Origin: a bacterium
GTDB lineage: Bacteria; Patescibacteriota; CPR2; UBA1875; JAJYID01
Length of the DNA stretch: 64,000 nt
Assembly: GCA_030647205.1 (NCBI GenBank)
Contig: JAUSJO010000002.1
Location: 11,261 to 75,260 of the forward strand
Reading direction: 5' to 3'
Both the position numbers and the translations under genes were made by a program. Position 1 is the stretch's first letter; the number at the start of each line of letters is the position of its first letter. The notes beneath the pieces were generated by a model. The model searched no databases, was not told where the DNA came from, and saw only the letters and a program-made list of their open reading frames with translations. This document shows positions 19,853 to 28,320 of the stretch, in pieces.

Positions 19853-20593
19853 TTATAATCCACTATCAATATTGTCTTCCGCAGACTGTCTGGTAGTAAT
19901 GTAGTTTGCTCCCAGTGTGTCCAGTCCCTTTATGTGTTCATGTCCAGCTGTCTCCGGGTTGTAGCAAGCATAGAAGAGCTCAACCAAAGCTTCTGTAGGG
20001 AGCGGTGTTAGCGCCAGTCCGATATCGGAAAAAAGGCCGGAAACTATTTGCGATCGTCTTTGGAGCTGTTGCCTGTTTTGAAGGTAGTTTTCATTCTCTC
20101 CTTCTTGAGTCTGCCCCTGTTTCTTTATACCAAACATAGCCATGATGCCCTTAGAGCTCTCGGCGACGACATTTGGATAGTATGGTATGATAACGAAAAA
20201 TCGCTTATCCATAACATTTACATTTGAGAGAATGTCTCTCAAGAAGAGAATGTACTCACTGGTTTGCTCTCTAAGTAGTGGTATGGGCTGATTTTGTGCG
20301 GATGTTTCTAGGAGCCCCAGGTAGTTTGTCAGGTCAAGTTTTCTCGACTGAACTAAGAACTGAACCGGAAACTCTAGGGAGTTTAGAGCGCTCTGGTATG
20401 CGGAAATAATAGACATTTTTTCCTCTTCGGCGCGAAGCTCCATATTGATACTGGAAACCATCATCACGGCTCTCATAGAACTATCCTTGAAAAGCAAAAG
20501 ATCGTCCTTTATCTGGTCAATTTCTAAAAACTTTTGAGTGCTCTCAAACGTTTGATGAATATTTTGCTGTGGATCTTTTTTGCTAAAAAACAT
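19853..20593 (-). CDS. hypothetical protein, possibly a separately encoded VirB4 N-terminal-like domain
   Basis: 246 aa, no TM. Lies 31 nt upstream of the virB4 ATPase ORF. Weak resemblance to the CagE/TrbE N-terminal region. Confidence 0.3.
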   Translation of the reverse strand: MFFSKKDPQQNIHQTFESTQKFLEIDQIKDDLLLFKDSSMRAVMMVSSINMELRAEEEKMSIISAYQSALNSLEFPVQFLVQSRKLDLTNYLGLLETSAQNQPIPLLREQTSEYILFLRDILSNVNVMDKRFFVIIPYYPNVVAESSKGIMAMFGIKKQGQTQEGENENYLQNRQQLQRRSQIVSGLFSDIGLALTPLPTEALVELFYACYNPETAGHEHIKGLDTLGANYITTRQSAEDNIDSGL

Positions 20594-20649
20594 GTTTTGT
20601 ATAAATTTAACTAGTAGTGCTTAAATTTTCTTTCATTCTCAGTCCGGGT

Positions 20650-21321
20650 TCAAGCCCCTTGTTTAGGAGGTTCTTTTCCTATCGCCTCATCTACTTTGTA
20701 GTATCCTTTTGTATCTGGTTGCTCATAGGTAAACTTTTTTCCCGGATCTACCGAGGCAAGGTCAGATATTGACGGCTCGGGATTGGTTTTAACTTTCCCC
20801 TCGGTTTCTTCTAGGGCTTTTTCCACAGCTACATTGCTTTTATCCATGAATGTTTCCGGTTCATCGGTTGGTGGCTTCTTTTGCATGGAACTGTATGCTC
20901 CACCGGTATCTACCATGAGTGAGAGCTCTTCAATCTGTTTTTCTGCGTCTAGCAGAGATGCTTTCTGGGGAGGTCCCTCTACAACCACTACCGTCTCTTC
21001 TTCCTTGGGCTTCAGGCTGACCGGCTCGACATACTTTTTCCAAACCCTCTTCCTCGGCTTAAAGAGATAGGTGACAAAATGACCCGAATATGTATAGATT
21101 GGTTTGCCATTGTAGGGGACGAAGCCGGCAACTAGTGCGGGGGAACCAATGATGCTTCCGACAATGATGGAGCCCATCAAGGAAATCCCGGCCCCTGTAA
21201 AAATAACCACGAAAACAGCCATAATAACGAAGAAAGCGAAAACAAAGCCGAAGCTTTTTAAGGTAAATGGGCCAACGACTTTATCTTCAACATTGATTTC
21301 CTGTGGTATTTTAAATTGCAT
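20650..21321 (-). CDS. VirB3/PrgI-like small membrane protein (two TM hairpin plus charged tail)
   Basis: N-terminal two hydrophobic helices (FGFVFAFFVIMAVFVVIF / LMGSIIVGSIIGSPALVAGF). Position between VirB6-like and VirB4. Confidence 0.35.
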   Translation of the reverse strand: MQFKIPQEINVEDKVVGPFTLKSFGFVFAFFVIMAVFVVIFTGAGISLMGSIIVGSIIGSPALVAGFVPYNGKPIYTYSGHFVTYLFKPRKRVWKKYVEPVSLKPKEEETVVVVEGPPQKASLLDAEKQIEELSLMVDTGGAYSSMQKKPPTDEPETFMDKSNVAVEKALEETEGKVKTNPEPSISDLASVDPGKKFTYEQPDTKGYYKVDEAIGKEPPKQGA

Positions 21322-21359
21322 ATTTCTTTATGTTCATTATTCTCAGTTTGCATCTCTTA

Positions 21360-23162
21360 TTATGTCAATAGTGTTGCTTTCCTGTGAAGCTCTGCTGCCT
21401 CAGCGCGAGTAGTACCGCTATGTCCATTTCTATTGTTTGCCATATCCAGCATCTGCTCTCTTAGGTCTGAGGCTTGCTGTGCCTTTTTGGAGTCAGCCTT
21501 AAGACTTGTAAGCATTGAGTCTGTGATACTTGTGCCCCCAATGAGCTGATGCTTTAAAAGTCCAGGGTTGCTCCCTCCGTCACCTTTTATATCAGGCGTA
21601 ATCATATCTCCAACTGAGTGGCCAATTGTGGAAAAATCTTTACTGCGCAGCTGGTGTAGATTTGACTTCTTCAGGGCCTCGTCGTAGTTACCAGTTTGCA
21701 TGATGTGAGCTTTGACACTGTGATCAGTGGCTGCCTCGTAGTCCAGGGCGCCCTCTTTCACAAGGTGGTCGATAGCGGTTCCCTTGTTGCCTCCTCGTTT
21801 TTCCCAATCTTTCAGGCTTTTCTGTACATCGTCGCCGAGTTTGGAGCGGTCCAGGGTTCCTCGCGCATACTTACGCCTGTCGCTATTTGACATCCCGAGA
21901 TTACCAAACTTGTCTGCCAGGTCTCTGTTTAGGTTGATTTGATCCTGCGCGCTCTCACCAATTATTCTACCGCCAACTCCGGGTATTCGCCCAAAACTTT
22001 TTCTCATTTGTCCACCAAGCTTTTCCTGTTTTCTGGCAGCAATATTGCTACTTCTTTGTTTCGCCCAACCCTGCCAAGCTTTTGGATTTACAGTTGCCGG
22101 CAAGAGATTCACGCCGGCTTTTCCTGTTTTCTTTGCCATACTGCTAATGTGTGAGCCTACTGCGCCCAAGAAACCAAGCGGCAGGAAGACTGCCATGGGG
22201 ATGGATACTGCTCCGAGTAGGAATGCATCAAGTGCCTGGATTACCTCTTCGCCCTTTCCTTCGTCGTCATGAATGGCTTGAGCAAATGGAGTTTTGGCCT
22301 CTTCACTTGTAAAAATTGAGTTGGATGCCGCCATAAAACCAAGACCAATTGATAAGACAAAAAAGCATATGGGTAAGAAGATGGTCCACTTGATAAACAT
22401 GTCCCAAAACTTTTTAAATAATGGCTGAGTGGCCGGAAGGGCAATCAGCCCAAATGCAAGCGGGGAGATAACGATAAGCATTCCTAGTATAAAGCCTCTG
22501 ACGAAGAGTATTGCTGCCAAAAGCAAGAGCATCAAGAATGTCAAGACTGCGATAAGGAAAATGCCCACAGACACGGGCAGGCTAGGGACATCTCCTTTAG
22601 ACATTGCTAAGCCGATATTGTTCATGTAAATATCAAATTGATCTAAATTTTTTTTCGCTAGTGTTTTTGTTAGGGCTACACTTAAGTTAATAATGGAGCT
22701 ACAGATGAACTTACTGAAATAGACGAAAAATGCGGTCATGACAAGTTTTGGTATGAGTCTTTGAAAACCCCACTCTTCTATCTTAAATTTCATCATATTC
22801 ATAAAGGCGATAGCAATGACGGCAAGACCAAAGAGATCTAGTGTGGCTGCCTTGGTGTTTTGCCACTCGGTGGTGATTGCGGGGTTTGACACCAGATTCA
22901 TAGATGCATTAGCCCCTGATACCACAAGGTGGTAGCCCAAGCTTATAAGGTCGTAACCCGTTGCATAAAAAAACTCAGATATTCTCTCAAGTATCCACTT
23001 TATCCAGTTGGCTGGGTCTATAAAATCGAGTGATTGCGCATATGTGGGATGAGGTGTTAAGGTAAGGACCAGAGAAAAAATAAAAAGCGGGACCAAAAAC
23101 ATTAAAACATGTTTCGGTTTCGCTTCTTTAGAACTGAATATCTTTGATAAAAACACCCTCAT
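21360..23162 (-). CDS. VirB6/TrbL-like polytopic membrane protein with long hydrophilic C-terminal extension
   Basis: Signal/TM N-terminus, 5-6 TMs in the middle, ~250-aa charged C-terminus. Gene order pilin-VirB6-VirB3-VirB4. Confidence 0.45.
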   Translation of the reverse strand: MRVFLSKIFSSKEAKPKHVLMFLVPLFIFSLVLTLTPHPTYAQSLDFIDPANWIKWILERISEFFYATGYDLISLGYHLVVSGANASMNLVSNPAITTEWQNTKAATLDLFGLAVIAIAFMNMMKFKIEEWGFQRLIPKLVMTAFFVYFSKFICSSIINLSVALTKTLAKKNLDQFDIYMNNIGLAMSKGDVPSLPVSVGIFLIAVLTFLMLLLLAAILFVRGFILGMLIVISPLAFGLIALPATQPLFKKFWDMFIKWTIFLPICFFVLSIGLGFMAASNSIFTSEEAKTPFAQAIHDDEGKGEEVIQALDAFLLGAVSIPMAVFLPLGFLGAVGSHISSMAKKTGKAGVNLLPATVNPKAWQGWAKQRSSNIAARKQEKLGGQMRKSFGRIPGVGGRIIGESAQDQINLNRDLADKFGNLGMSNSDRRKYARGTLDRSKLGDDVQKSLKDWEKRGGNKGTAIDHLVKEGALDYEAATDHSVKAHIMQTGNYDEALKKSNLHQLRSKDFSTIGHSVGDMITPDIKGDGGSNPGLLKHQLIGGTSITDSMLTSLKADSKKAQQASDLREQMLDMANNRNGHSGTTRAEAAELHRKATLLT

Positions 23163-23217
23163 ACTGAAATTATAGCATGAGGGTGTTTCTAAACAATAGT
23201 TTTATTCTAAGATTAGT

Positions 23218-23562
23218 CTATTTGTTGAGAACGCCTAGAACAACATTGATCAGGACTAAGGACAGAACGATTATCGCCAAGCCAACAAGTGCGAAAATGA
23301 TAGTTTTCTTTGCCCCTTCCGTCTGAGTCGGGTTGCCGGCAGAAACGATATATCTGATACCGCCGATAACAAGGAAAACAACCGCTACAAGTCCTGCGAT
23401 ACCGAGCAGCCAGTTTCCAATGGCCTTAATAGTGTCTGATAAGCAAGTTTCGCTTGAACAGTCCTTGATCGTGACGTCTACGTTTTGTACATCGGCGAAA
23501 GCACCGGCTGGCAGAAGAACATGAGCTATAAAGACCGACGTTGTTAAAATTTTCTTTTTCAT
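23218..23562 (-). CDS. VirB2/TrbC-like pilin (paralog 1, minimal form)
   Basis: Signal peptide, short Cys-containing segment, then two hydrophobic helices split by a short loop: LVAVVFLVIGGIRYIVSAGNPTQTEGAKKTIIFALVGLAIIVL. Confidence 0.5.
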   Translation of the reverse strand: MKKKILTTSVFIAHVLLPAGAFADVQNVDVTIKDCSSETCLSDTIKAIGNWLLGIAGLVAVVFLVIGGIRYIVSAGNPTQTEGAKKTIIFALVGLAIIVLSLVLINVVLGVLNK

Positions 23563-23690
23563 TTTTTTTGCTCCTTTTTTAAGTAGGATTTTATTTTTAT
23601 AAATTTATTCTAATGCTTTTTTATTTTGTTTGCAAGCTATTTAATATATTACCACATTGGACACTAAATTTAACAAACTTGTCCACTTAT

Positions 23691-24233
23691 TTATTTAAAA
23701 AGACCGGCTAAAAGCGAAATTACTAAGTATGACGATATGATTATTATAAGGCCTATGATGGAGCCGACAATAGTTTTCTTTGCCAGCCCGGTTGCAGTCG
23801 GGTTCCCTGCAGATACTATATACATAACCCCGCCGATAAGAACCATAATCAAAAGTATGATGCCGGCAAACCCCATGACTTTATTTAAGGCGCTTTTTAT
23901 AACCTTTCCAAGCTCATCTTTGCCCGGATCATCCTTTCCTTCCTTGAAAACACTGTCGTTGCTACGGTCACCAGTGGTGCCCGTCGTCCCCCCGGTTGTG
24001 CTGGTACTATTGCTTGCTGCGCTGCCCGGGGCCGTTGATGTGCCTGTGCTTGTGTTTTCTACAGAACCTTGCGCTTGGGCGTCGCCTTGATATCTTTGTT
24101 CGATCGCGTGAGTGTGCGGATTCAAGCCAGTAGCTGCCTGGAAAAAACTAATTGCAAGAAAAACAAATGCAGTTAGGCAGGGGATAAGCAAAAATTCTTT
24201 TTGGAAATGTCTAAATTTTCTCATTTTTTGCAT
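23691..24233 (-). CDS. VirB2-like pilin paralog 2 with Gly/Thr/Ser-rich N-terminal extension
   Basis: N-terminal TM, GTSTAPGSAASNSTSTTGGTTGTTG low-complexity region, C-terminal hairpin IGGVMYIVSAGNPTATGLAKKTIVGSIIGLIIII. Confidence 0.45.
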   Translation of the reverse strand: MQKMRKFRHFQKEFLLIPCLTAFVFLAISFFQAATGLNPHTHAIEQRYQGDAQAQGSVENTSTGTSTAPGSAASNSTSTTGGTTGTTGDRSNDSVFKEGKDDPGKDELGKVIKSALNKVMGFAGIILLIMVLIGGVMYIVSAGNPTATGLAKKTIVGSIIGLIIIISSYLVISLLAGLFK

Positions 24234-24238
24234 TTAAT

Positions 24239-25384
24239 TTAATAAGGAGAAGCTCCTAAGAGGGCTAGAAATATATTCATGCCAAGTATCAGAGTAATGC
24301 CGATAAGCGCGTACTTAATATGTTCTTTAGCAGTTGATATTTGTCCAGGGTTACCGGCGGCTGTGGCATAAAGTACCCCGCCGAATATAATCTTTAGCAT
24401 CGCAAGGCCGCCAAAGACGATGCTAGCGATACTCATAACGTCTCTAGCAAAAGTCTTAACATCCCCGTCTCCGCAGAATGACTTGTCTTTATTTACACAT
24501 TTCATATTATTGACCAGACCTGATAAGGTGTCGTTGCCAGGAAGCCAGCTTCCTAGCTCTAGCTTATTCATAAACTGTTGTATTTCTTTCTGATAAGAAT
24601 CATTTACATTATCGGCTGTTGCTCCACAGTTTTGCAGGTAGGTAGTAGCGTCTGCTATTTGTGTTGATTGTTTACATGCATTAAGGTCACATCCTTGATG
24701 GCGGGAACTACCTATTTCGCATAACCTGTTAATAGTTCCTCTGACATCAACTATTGGTACTCTACTGGTTTGGGTCCAAGCACCTATCCATTCGTCTGTT
24801 GCGCAAGGGCGGTCGCCATGGGCCGGGATATATGTTCTGCATGCGCCTTGTCCGTCATTGTGTATGCCTTCCTGTTGGCATTGCCCTTCGCTAATTGTTC
24901 CCGCACTCATGAAAGCAGCGTACCAGCAGTTGTCCAGACAGTTATCACACTGGCTTCTGTAGTTACTCTCTGCTGTTGTTACCCAAAACTGACTGTAGTA
25001 GTCTTCGAAAGCAAGACAGTAATCACCTCCGGCGCAATCTTCCGCACTTGTCTCCCCGCCTCCAAGGGAGTAACACCTAAAAACACATTCGTCATTCCAC
25101 TCTCCGGTCATACATTCTCCATTGGAAAACAAATCGGTACCCCCTACACCACTGTCGCCTTCCGGGCACGTTTTGGTCATGCCCAGTGTATTTTTTGCCC
25201 ACTCATCTATGCAAGCTCTATAGTCACTAGCGGAATTCCAAAACCTACTACAATCGTGTCCAGGAGTACTGGCATGGGCGATCAAAGAGTTTTGTGTGGG
25301 CCCACCGATAAAGGAGATAATATTAAAAAGAACAAATACCGCAACAAATATTGTTATTAAAGAAAGTAGCTTTCTAACCCTCAT
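24239..25384 (-). CDS. VirB2-like pilin paralog 3 fused to a ~300-aa Cys-rich extracellular domain
   Basis: Start taken at the internal ATG (MRVRKLLSLITIFVAVFV). More than 30 Cys in the ectodomain. C-terminal IFGGVLYATAAGNPGQISTAKEHIKYALIGITLILG hairpin. Confidence 0.45.
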   Translation of the reverse strand: MRVRKLLSLITIFVAVFVLFNIISFIGGPTQNSLIAHASTPGHDCSRFWNSASDYRACIDEWAKNTLGMTKTCPEGDSGVGGTDLFSNGECMTGEWNDECVFRCYSLGGGETSAEDCAGGDYCLAFEDYYSQFWVTTAESNYRSQCDNCLDNCWYAAFMSAGTISEGQCQQEGIHNDGQGACRTYIPAHGDRPCATDEWIGAWTQTSRVPIVDVRGTINRLCEIGSSRHQGCDLNACKQSTQIADATTYLQNCGATADNVNDSYQKEIQQFMNKLELGSWLPGNDTLSGLVNNMKCVNKDKSFCGDGDVKTFARDVMSIASIVFGGLAMLKIIFGGVLYATAAGNPGQISTAKEHIKYALIGITLILGMNIFLALLGASPY

Positions 25385-25470
25385 GCCTTTATTATAGTTA
25401 TGTTCTGGGAAGCGTGTAAAGAAGAAAATTATTTTTAGAGCCACTCTTGGGGTGCAAAGAGGTTCAAAAA

Positions 25471-25530
25471 GAAAAAGGCCCGCGGTAGTTTAGAAAACAA
25501 ATGTTTTCAAACTAAGCGGGCCTTTGGGGC
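25471..25530. terminator. bidirectional hairpin terminator
   Basis: AAAAAGGCCCGC...GCGGGCCTTT. GC stem flanked by A-run and T-run, between two minus-strand units. Confidence 0.5.
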
Positions 25531-25536
25531 ATTTTC

Positions 25537-25911
25537 CTAAGGGAGGGGGTGCCTGCGGAGGGCTTCTCTGCGAGCTTCATCGTCTCCGAAGTACTTGGGG
25601 TCGAGCGCTGCCTGGTTTTTCTCTGCTGCCTTCTTCTCATCATTGTCTTCCTCGTTAGAGTCAGAAGAGAACCGCGGTTTAATGAGATGAATCCAGGCCG
25701 GCTTGACTACAAGTCGCCAGATGGCATAGAAGACGCTGATGCGTACCAGGTTCCAGAAGACTGCTCCCGGCTGCGGTTTATAACATATGACGACGAGGAT
25801 CACGATGGGGATTATAACCGATGGTTTTAATCCCTTCTTGTACCAGCTGGCCCAGCCGGACCAGTCCGGTTTGCCTTTCTTGTTGCTCTTCGTATTGTCA
25901 GCCATCTCCAC
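25537..25911 (-). CDS. small membrane protein, hypothetical (GC-rich mini-island)
   Basis: One or two TM helices, basic N-terminus, acidic tail. ~50% GC. Confidence 0.4.
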   Translation of the reverse strand: MEMADNTKSNKKGKPDWSGWASWYKKGLKPSVIIPIVILVVICYKPQPGAVFWNLVRISVFYAIWRLVVKPAWIHLIKPRFSSDSNEEDNDEKKAAEKNQAALDPKYFGDDEARREALRRHPLP

Positions 25912-26050
25912 TCCTTGGATAGGTTTGAATGCTTAGGTGCTTCTAACCAAACTTTCTCTTTTTGATTAGAATATAACATTATACATCAAATATATTATTT
26001 GTCAATGGTTTTCTTTTGATGGCAAACTGGTTTGAGAAAACCAAGAAATG

Positions 26051-26078
26051 AAAAAGGCACCGATCGCTCGGTGCCTTT
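26051..26078. terminator. rho-independent terminator
   Basis: AAAAAGGCACCGA-TCGC-TCGGTGCCTTT, perfect 8-bp stem. Just downstream of the 26102 stop on the minus strand. Confidence 0.55.
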
Positions 26079-26101
26079 AAGGGTGGCTATGAAAGTATAG
26101 C

Positions 26102-26536
26102 TTACTTTCTTTGGAAGCTTACCCCTCTTTGTGTATCATAGAGGGTGTTGCCAACAACCTCGAGCTTACAGATGGACTCTAGCTCTAGTGTTATAGTGTT
26201 TCCGTTCATCGACCACTCTCCGAAGTTGGGGTTCATGAGTTTCCATGACCAGCCACCTTGCTGGCTGTAGTGTAGCCTGGTACTTATTCGGCCATTCTCA
26301 AGAAGCTCTATGCAGGGATCTTCGGTTTTCTCTCCTGCCAGTTTTGCGTCTGTACAGTACTTCCCGGCCATTTCCGCATAGTAGGCCGGCGCTGCATTGC
26401 GCTCCATGTATGACGTGATCGCCAGGTAAGATACGGCTACGGTGATGACACTCCCCAGGGCAAATGCCAGGAAGATGAGCCACTTCTTACTTACCTTGTT
26501 TCCAAAAACTGATGTTTGTGATGCTGCCTGCGGCAT
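26102..26536 (-). CDS. membrane-anchored hypothetical protein (GC-rich mini-island)
   Basis: N-terminal TM KKWLIFLAFALGSVITVAVSYLAI. No known domain. Confidence 0.4.
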   Translation of the reverse strand: MPQAASQTSVFGNKVSKKWLIFLAFALGSVITVAVSYLAITSYMERNAAPAYYAEMAGKYCTDAKLAGEKTEDPCIELLENGRISTRLHYSQQGGWSWKLMNPNFGEWSMNGNTITLELESICKLEVVGNTLYDTQRGVSFQRK

Positions 26537-26720
26537 CGCGGATCATCTCCTTTCGAGAGAAACAGACTTGGATTTTTAAGTGCGTCTTAAAGAAGTATTC
26601 TCATATTTCAATAAGATGTATGATTTACAAGATACCATAAAAGTTATGTTTAGTCAAGTGTTTTTTTGACAAGACGAGTATAACGCAAATTTGTCCTCCG
26701 GGAAAACAAAACATGAAATA

Positions 26721-26751
26721 AAAAACTGCCTTGGTTTTCATGGCAGTTTTT
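26721..26751. terminator. rho-independent terminator downstream of hsp20
   Basis: AAAAAACTGCC...GGCAGTTTTT. Confidence 0.5.
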
Positions 26752-26770
26752 AAAGAGTGTATTTTTTTGT

Positions 26771-27181
26771 TTAGTTTGCTCTGACTTTAACCTTTTTGGA
26801 GGTCTGTTTTTTCAGTTTTGGTATTCTGACGGTCAGGATGCCATTTTTGAAAGTTGCTTCTGCTTTGTCGGCGTCACACTCTACGGGTAGCATAACCTGT
26901 CTTGCAAATGATCCCCAGTAGCATTCCTGAAAATGGTAGCCTTCCTGGTCAACTTCCTTTTCGTCATATCTTTCCCCGCGAACCGCTACAGACTCATTTG
27001 TTACGTCTATATCTATGCCTTCAGGATCAACACCGGCAACAGGTGCTTTAACCACTACCTCGTTTTTTGTCTGATATACATCAACAGCCAGCTGGCCCTC
27101 AACATCATCTGCCGCCCAGTCAGATCCTGCCAAACCGCCTGCGAAAAATCCCTCATCAGTAAGAGAACTGTCTTTTTTCAT
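26771..27181 (-). CDS. Hsp20/alpha-crystallin small heat-shock protein
   Basis: ACD-domain motifs ...VDVYQTKNEVVVKAPVAGV...GILTVRIPK. Confidence 0.85.
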   Translation of the reverse strand: MKKDSSLTDEGFFAGGLAGSDWAADDVEGQLAVDVYQTKNEVVVKAPVAGVDPEGIDIDVTNESVAVRGERYDEKEVDQEGYHFQECYWGSFARQVMLPVECDADKAEATFKNGILTVRIPKLKKQTSKKVKVRAN

Positions 27182-27272
27182 TATACCCCTCCTTGATCTT
27201 TAAAATCCTATAATTTGCTGATATTATAGTAGCCGAAATGTATGAGAAAAGCAAGTGTAATTTTTTACAAAA

Positions 27273-27968
27273 ATGAGCATTTTAACGAAAAATATCGGTG
27301 ATTTTTTGCTTGATGTGGTATTTCCGAAAAAGTGTGCTTCTTGTAGCAAGCTGGACACTCTTTTTTGCGAGAAATGCCGCTCAAAAATAATCTTTTTAAA
27401 AACCCAAAACTGTCCGTTTTGTCTCAAAATCACAACCAGAGGGCGGGTTTGCCCAAGCTGTAAAAGTAAAAGCGCTTTAACGGGTGTTTATGTGATCGCT
27501 CATTTTGATGGGCCGCTGAAAGAAGTTATCCATCAGTATAAATATGAGTTCGTAAAAGCGCTGAAAGATGATCTGGCAGACGTTGCCTGGCCGTACCTCG
27601 AGGATTTCCCTAAAAATGCCGTTTTGACCTGCGTGCCCTCAAGCCCTAAAAGACTAGCTTGGCGCGGTTACAACCAGGCGGAGGAAATAGCGAAGATTTT
27701 GGCTCAAAAGACCGGTATGCGTTTTTATCCTAGTCTGCTGAAACGCACGGAGTATAAAATTCCTCAGACGCAGCTTCGGCGCAAGGAAAGGTTTGAAAAT
27801 GTCAAAAACGCCTTCAAGATCGACAGAAAAATAGACCTAGAAGGAAAACAGGTGGTGATATTTGACGACCTGGTTACAAGCGGAGCCACGCTTGATGCTT
27901 GCGCCGGAGAAATCCGCAAAATGGGAGCTACGAGAGTGTGGGGTTTTGTGCTGGCGAGGAATAAGTAA
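27273..27968 (+). CDS. comFC: ComF/ComFC-family phosphoribosyltransferase (competence protein)
   Basis: N-terminal 4-Cys zinc ribbon (CASCSK...CEKCRSK...CPFC...CPSCKSK). C-terminal PRTase motif VVIFDDLVTSGATL. Confidence 0.8.
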   Translation: MSILTKNIGDFLLDVVFPKKCASCSKLDTLFCEKCRSKIIFLKTQNCPFCLKITTRGRVCPSCKSKSALTGVYVIAHFDGPLKEVIHQYKYEFVKALKDDLADVAWPYLEDFPKNAVLTCVPSSPKRLAWRGYNQAEEIAKILAQKTGMRFYPSLLKRTEYKIPQTQLRRKERFENVKNAFKIDRKIDLEGKQVVIFDDLVTSGATLDACAGEIRKMGATRVWGFVLARNK

Positions 27969-28320
27969 AAATGGTTCACTCAAACTCACATTTGTCATCC
28001 TGAGGTACGGAGGATCTCATCTTGTTATTCCGGACTTCCTGCCCGACTGAATAGTCGTTCGGGCGGGGATCCGGAATCCAGACCGATTAAATCTGCTATC
28101 ACAGTTATTATCATTTATCTACTTTTTGATAGCAAAAAGTAGCAAAAACTACCGGCTAACGATTATTTTCAAAGTGTCGGATATCTCCTCGTCTCAGGTT
28201 TAAAAAAATTAACTCGTTATCACTCAGACAAAATTATTTTTAAAATCTTCACTCGGCTCATCCTCTTTTTGAAAAAATCATGCCGAACGAGAGGGAGAGA
28301 TAGACCTAAAGATGCAGGTG

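Noticed and set aside
24770-25360. 196-aa plus-strand ORF inside pilin paralog 3
   Set aside because: It is antisense to a well-supported Cys-rich gene, with no RBS. It looks like an open frame produced by codon bias.
27980-28080. Possible rho-independent terminator after comFC
   Set aside because: The stem is imperfect and no U-run follows. It is kept only as an inverted-repeat observation.
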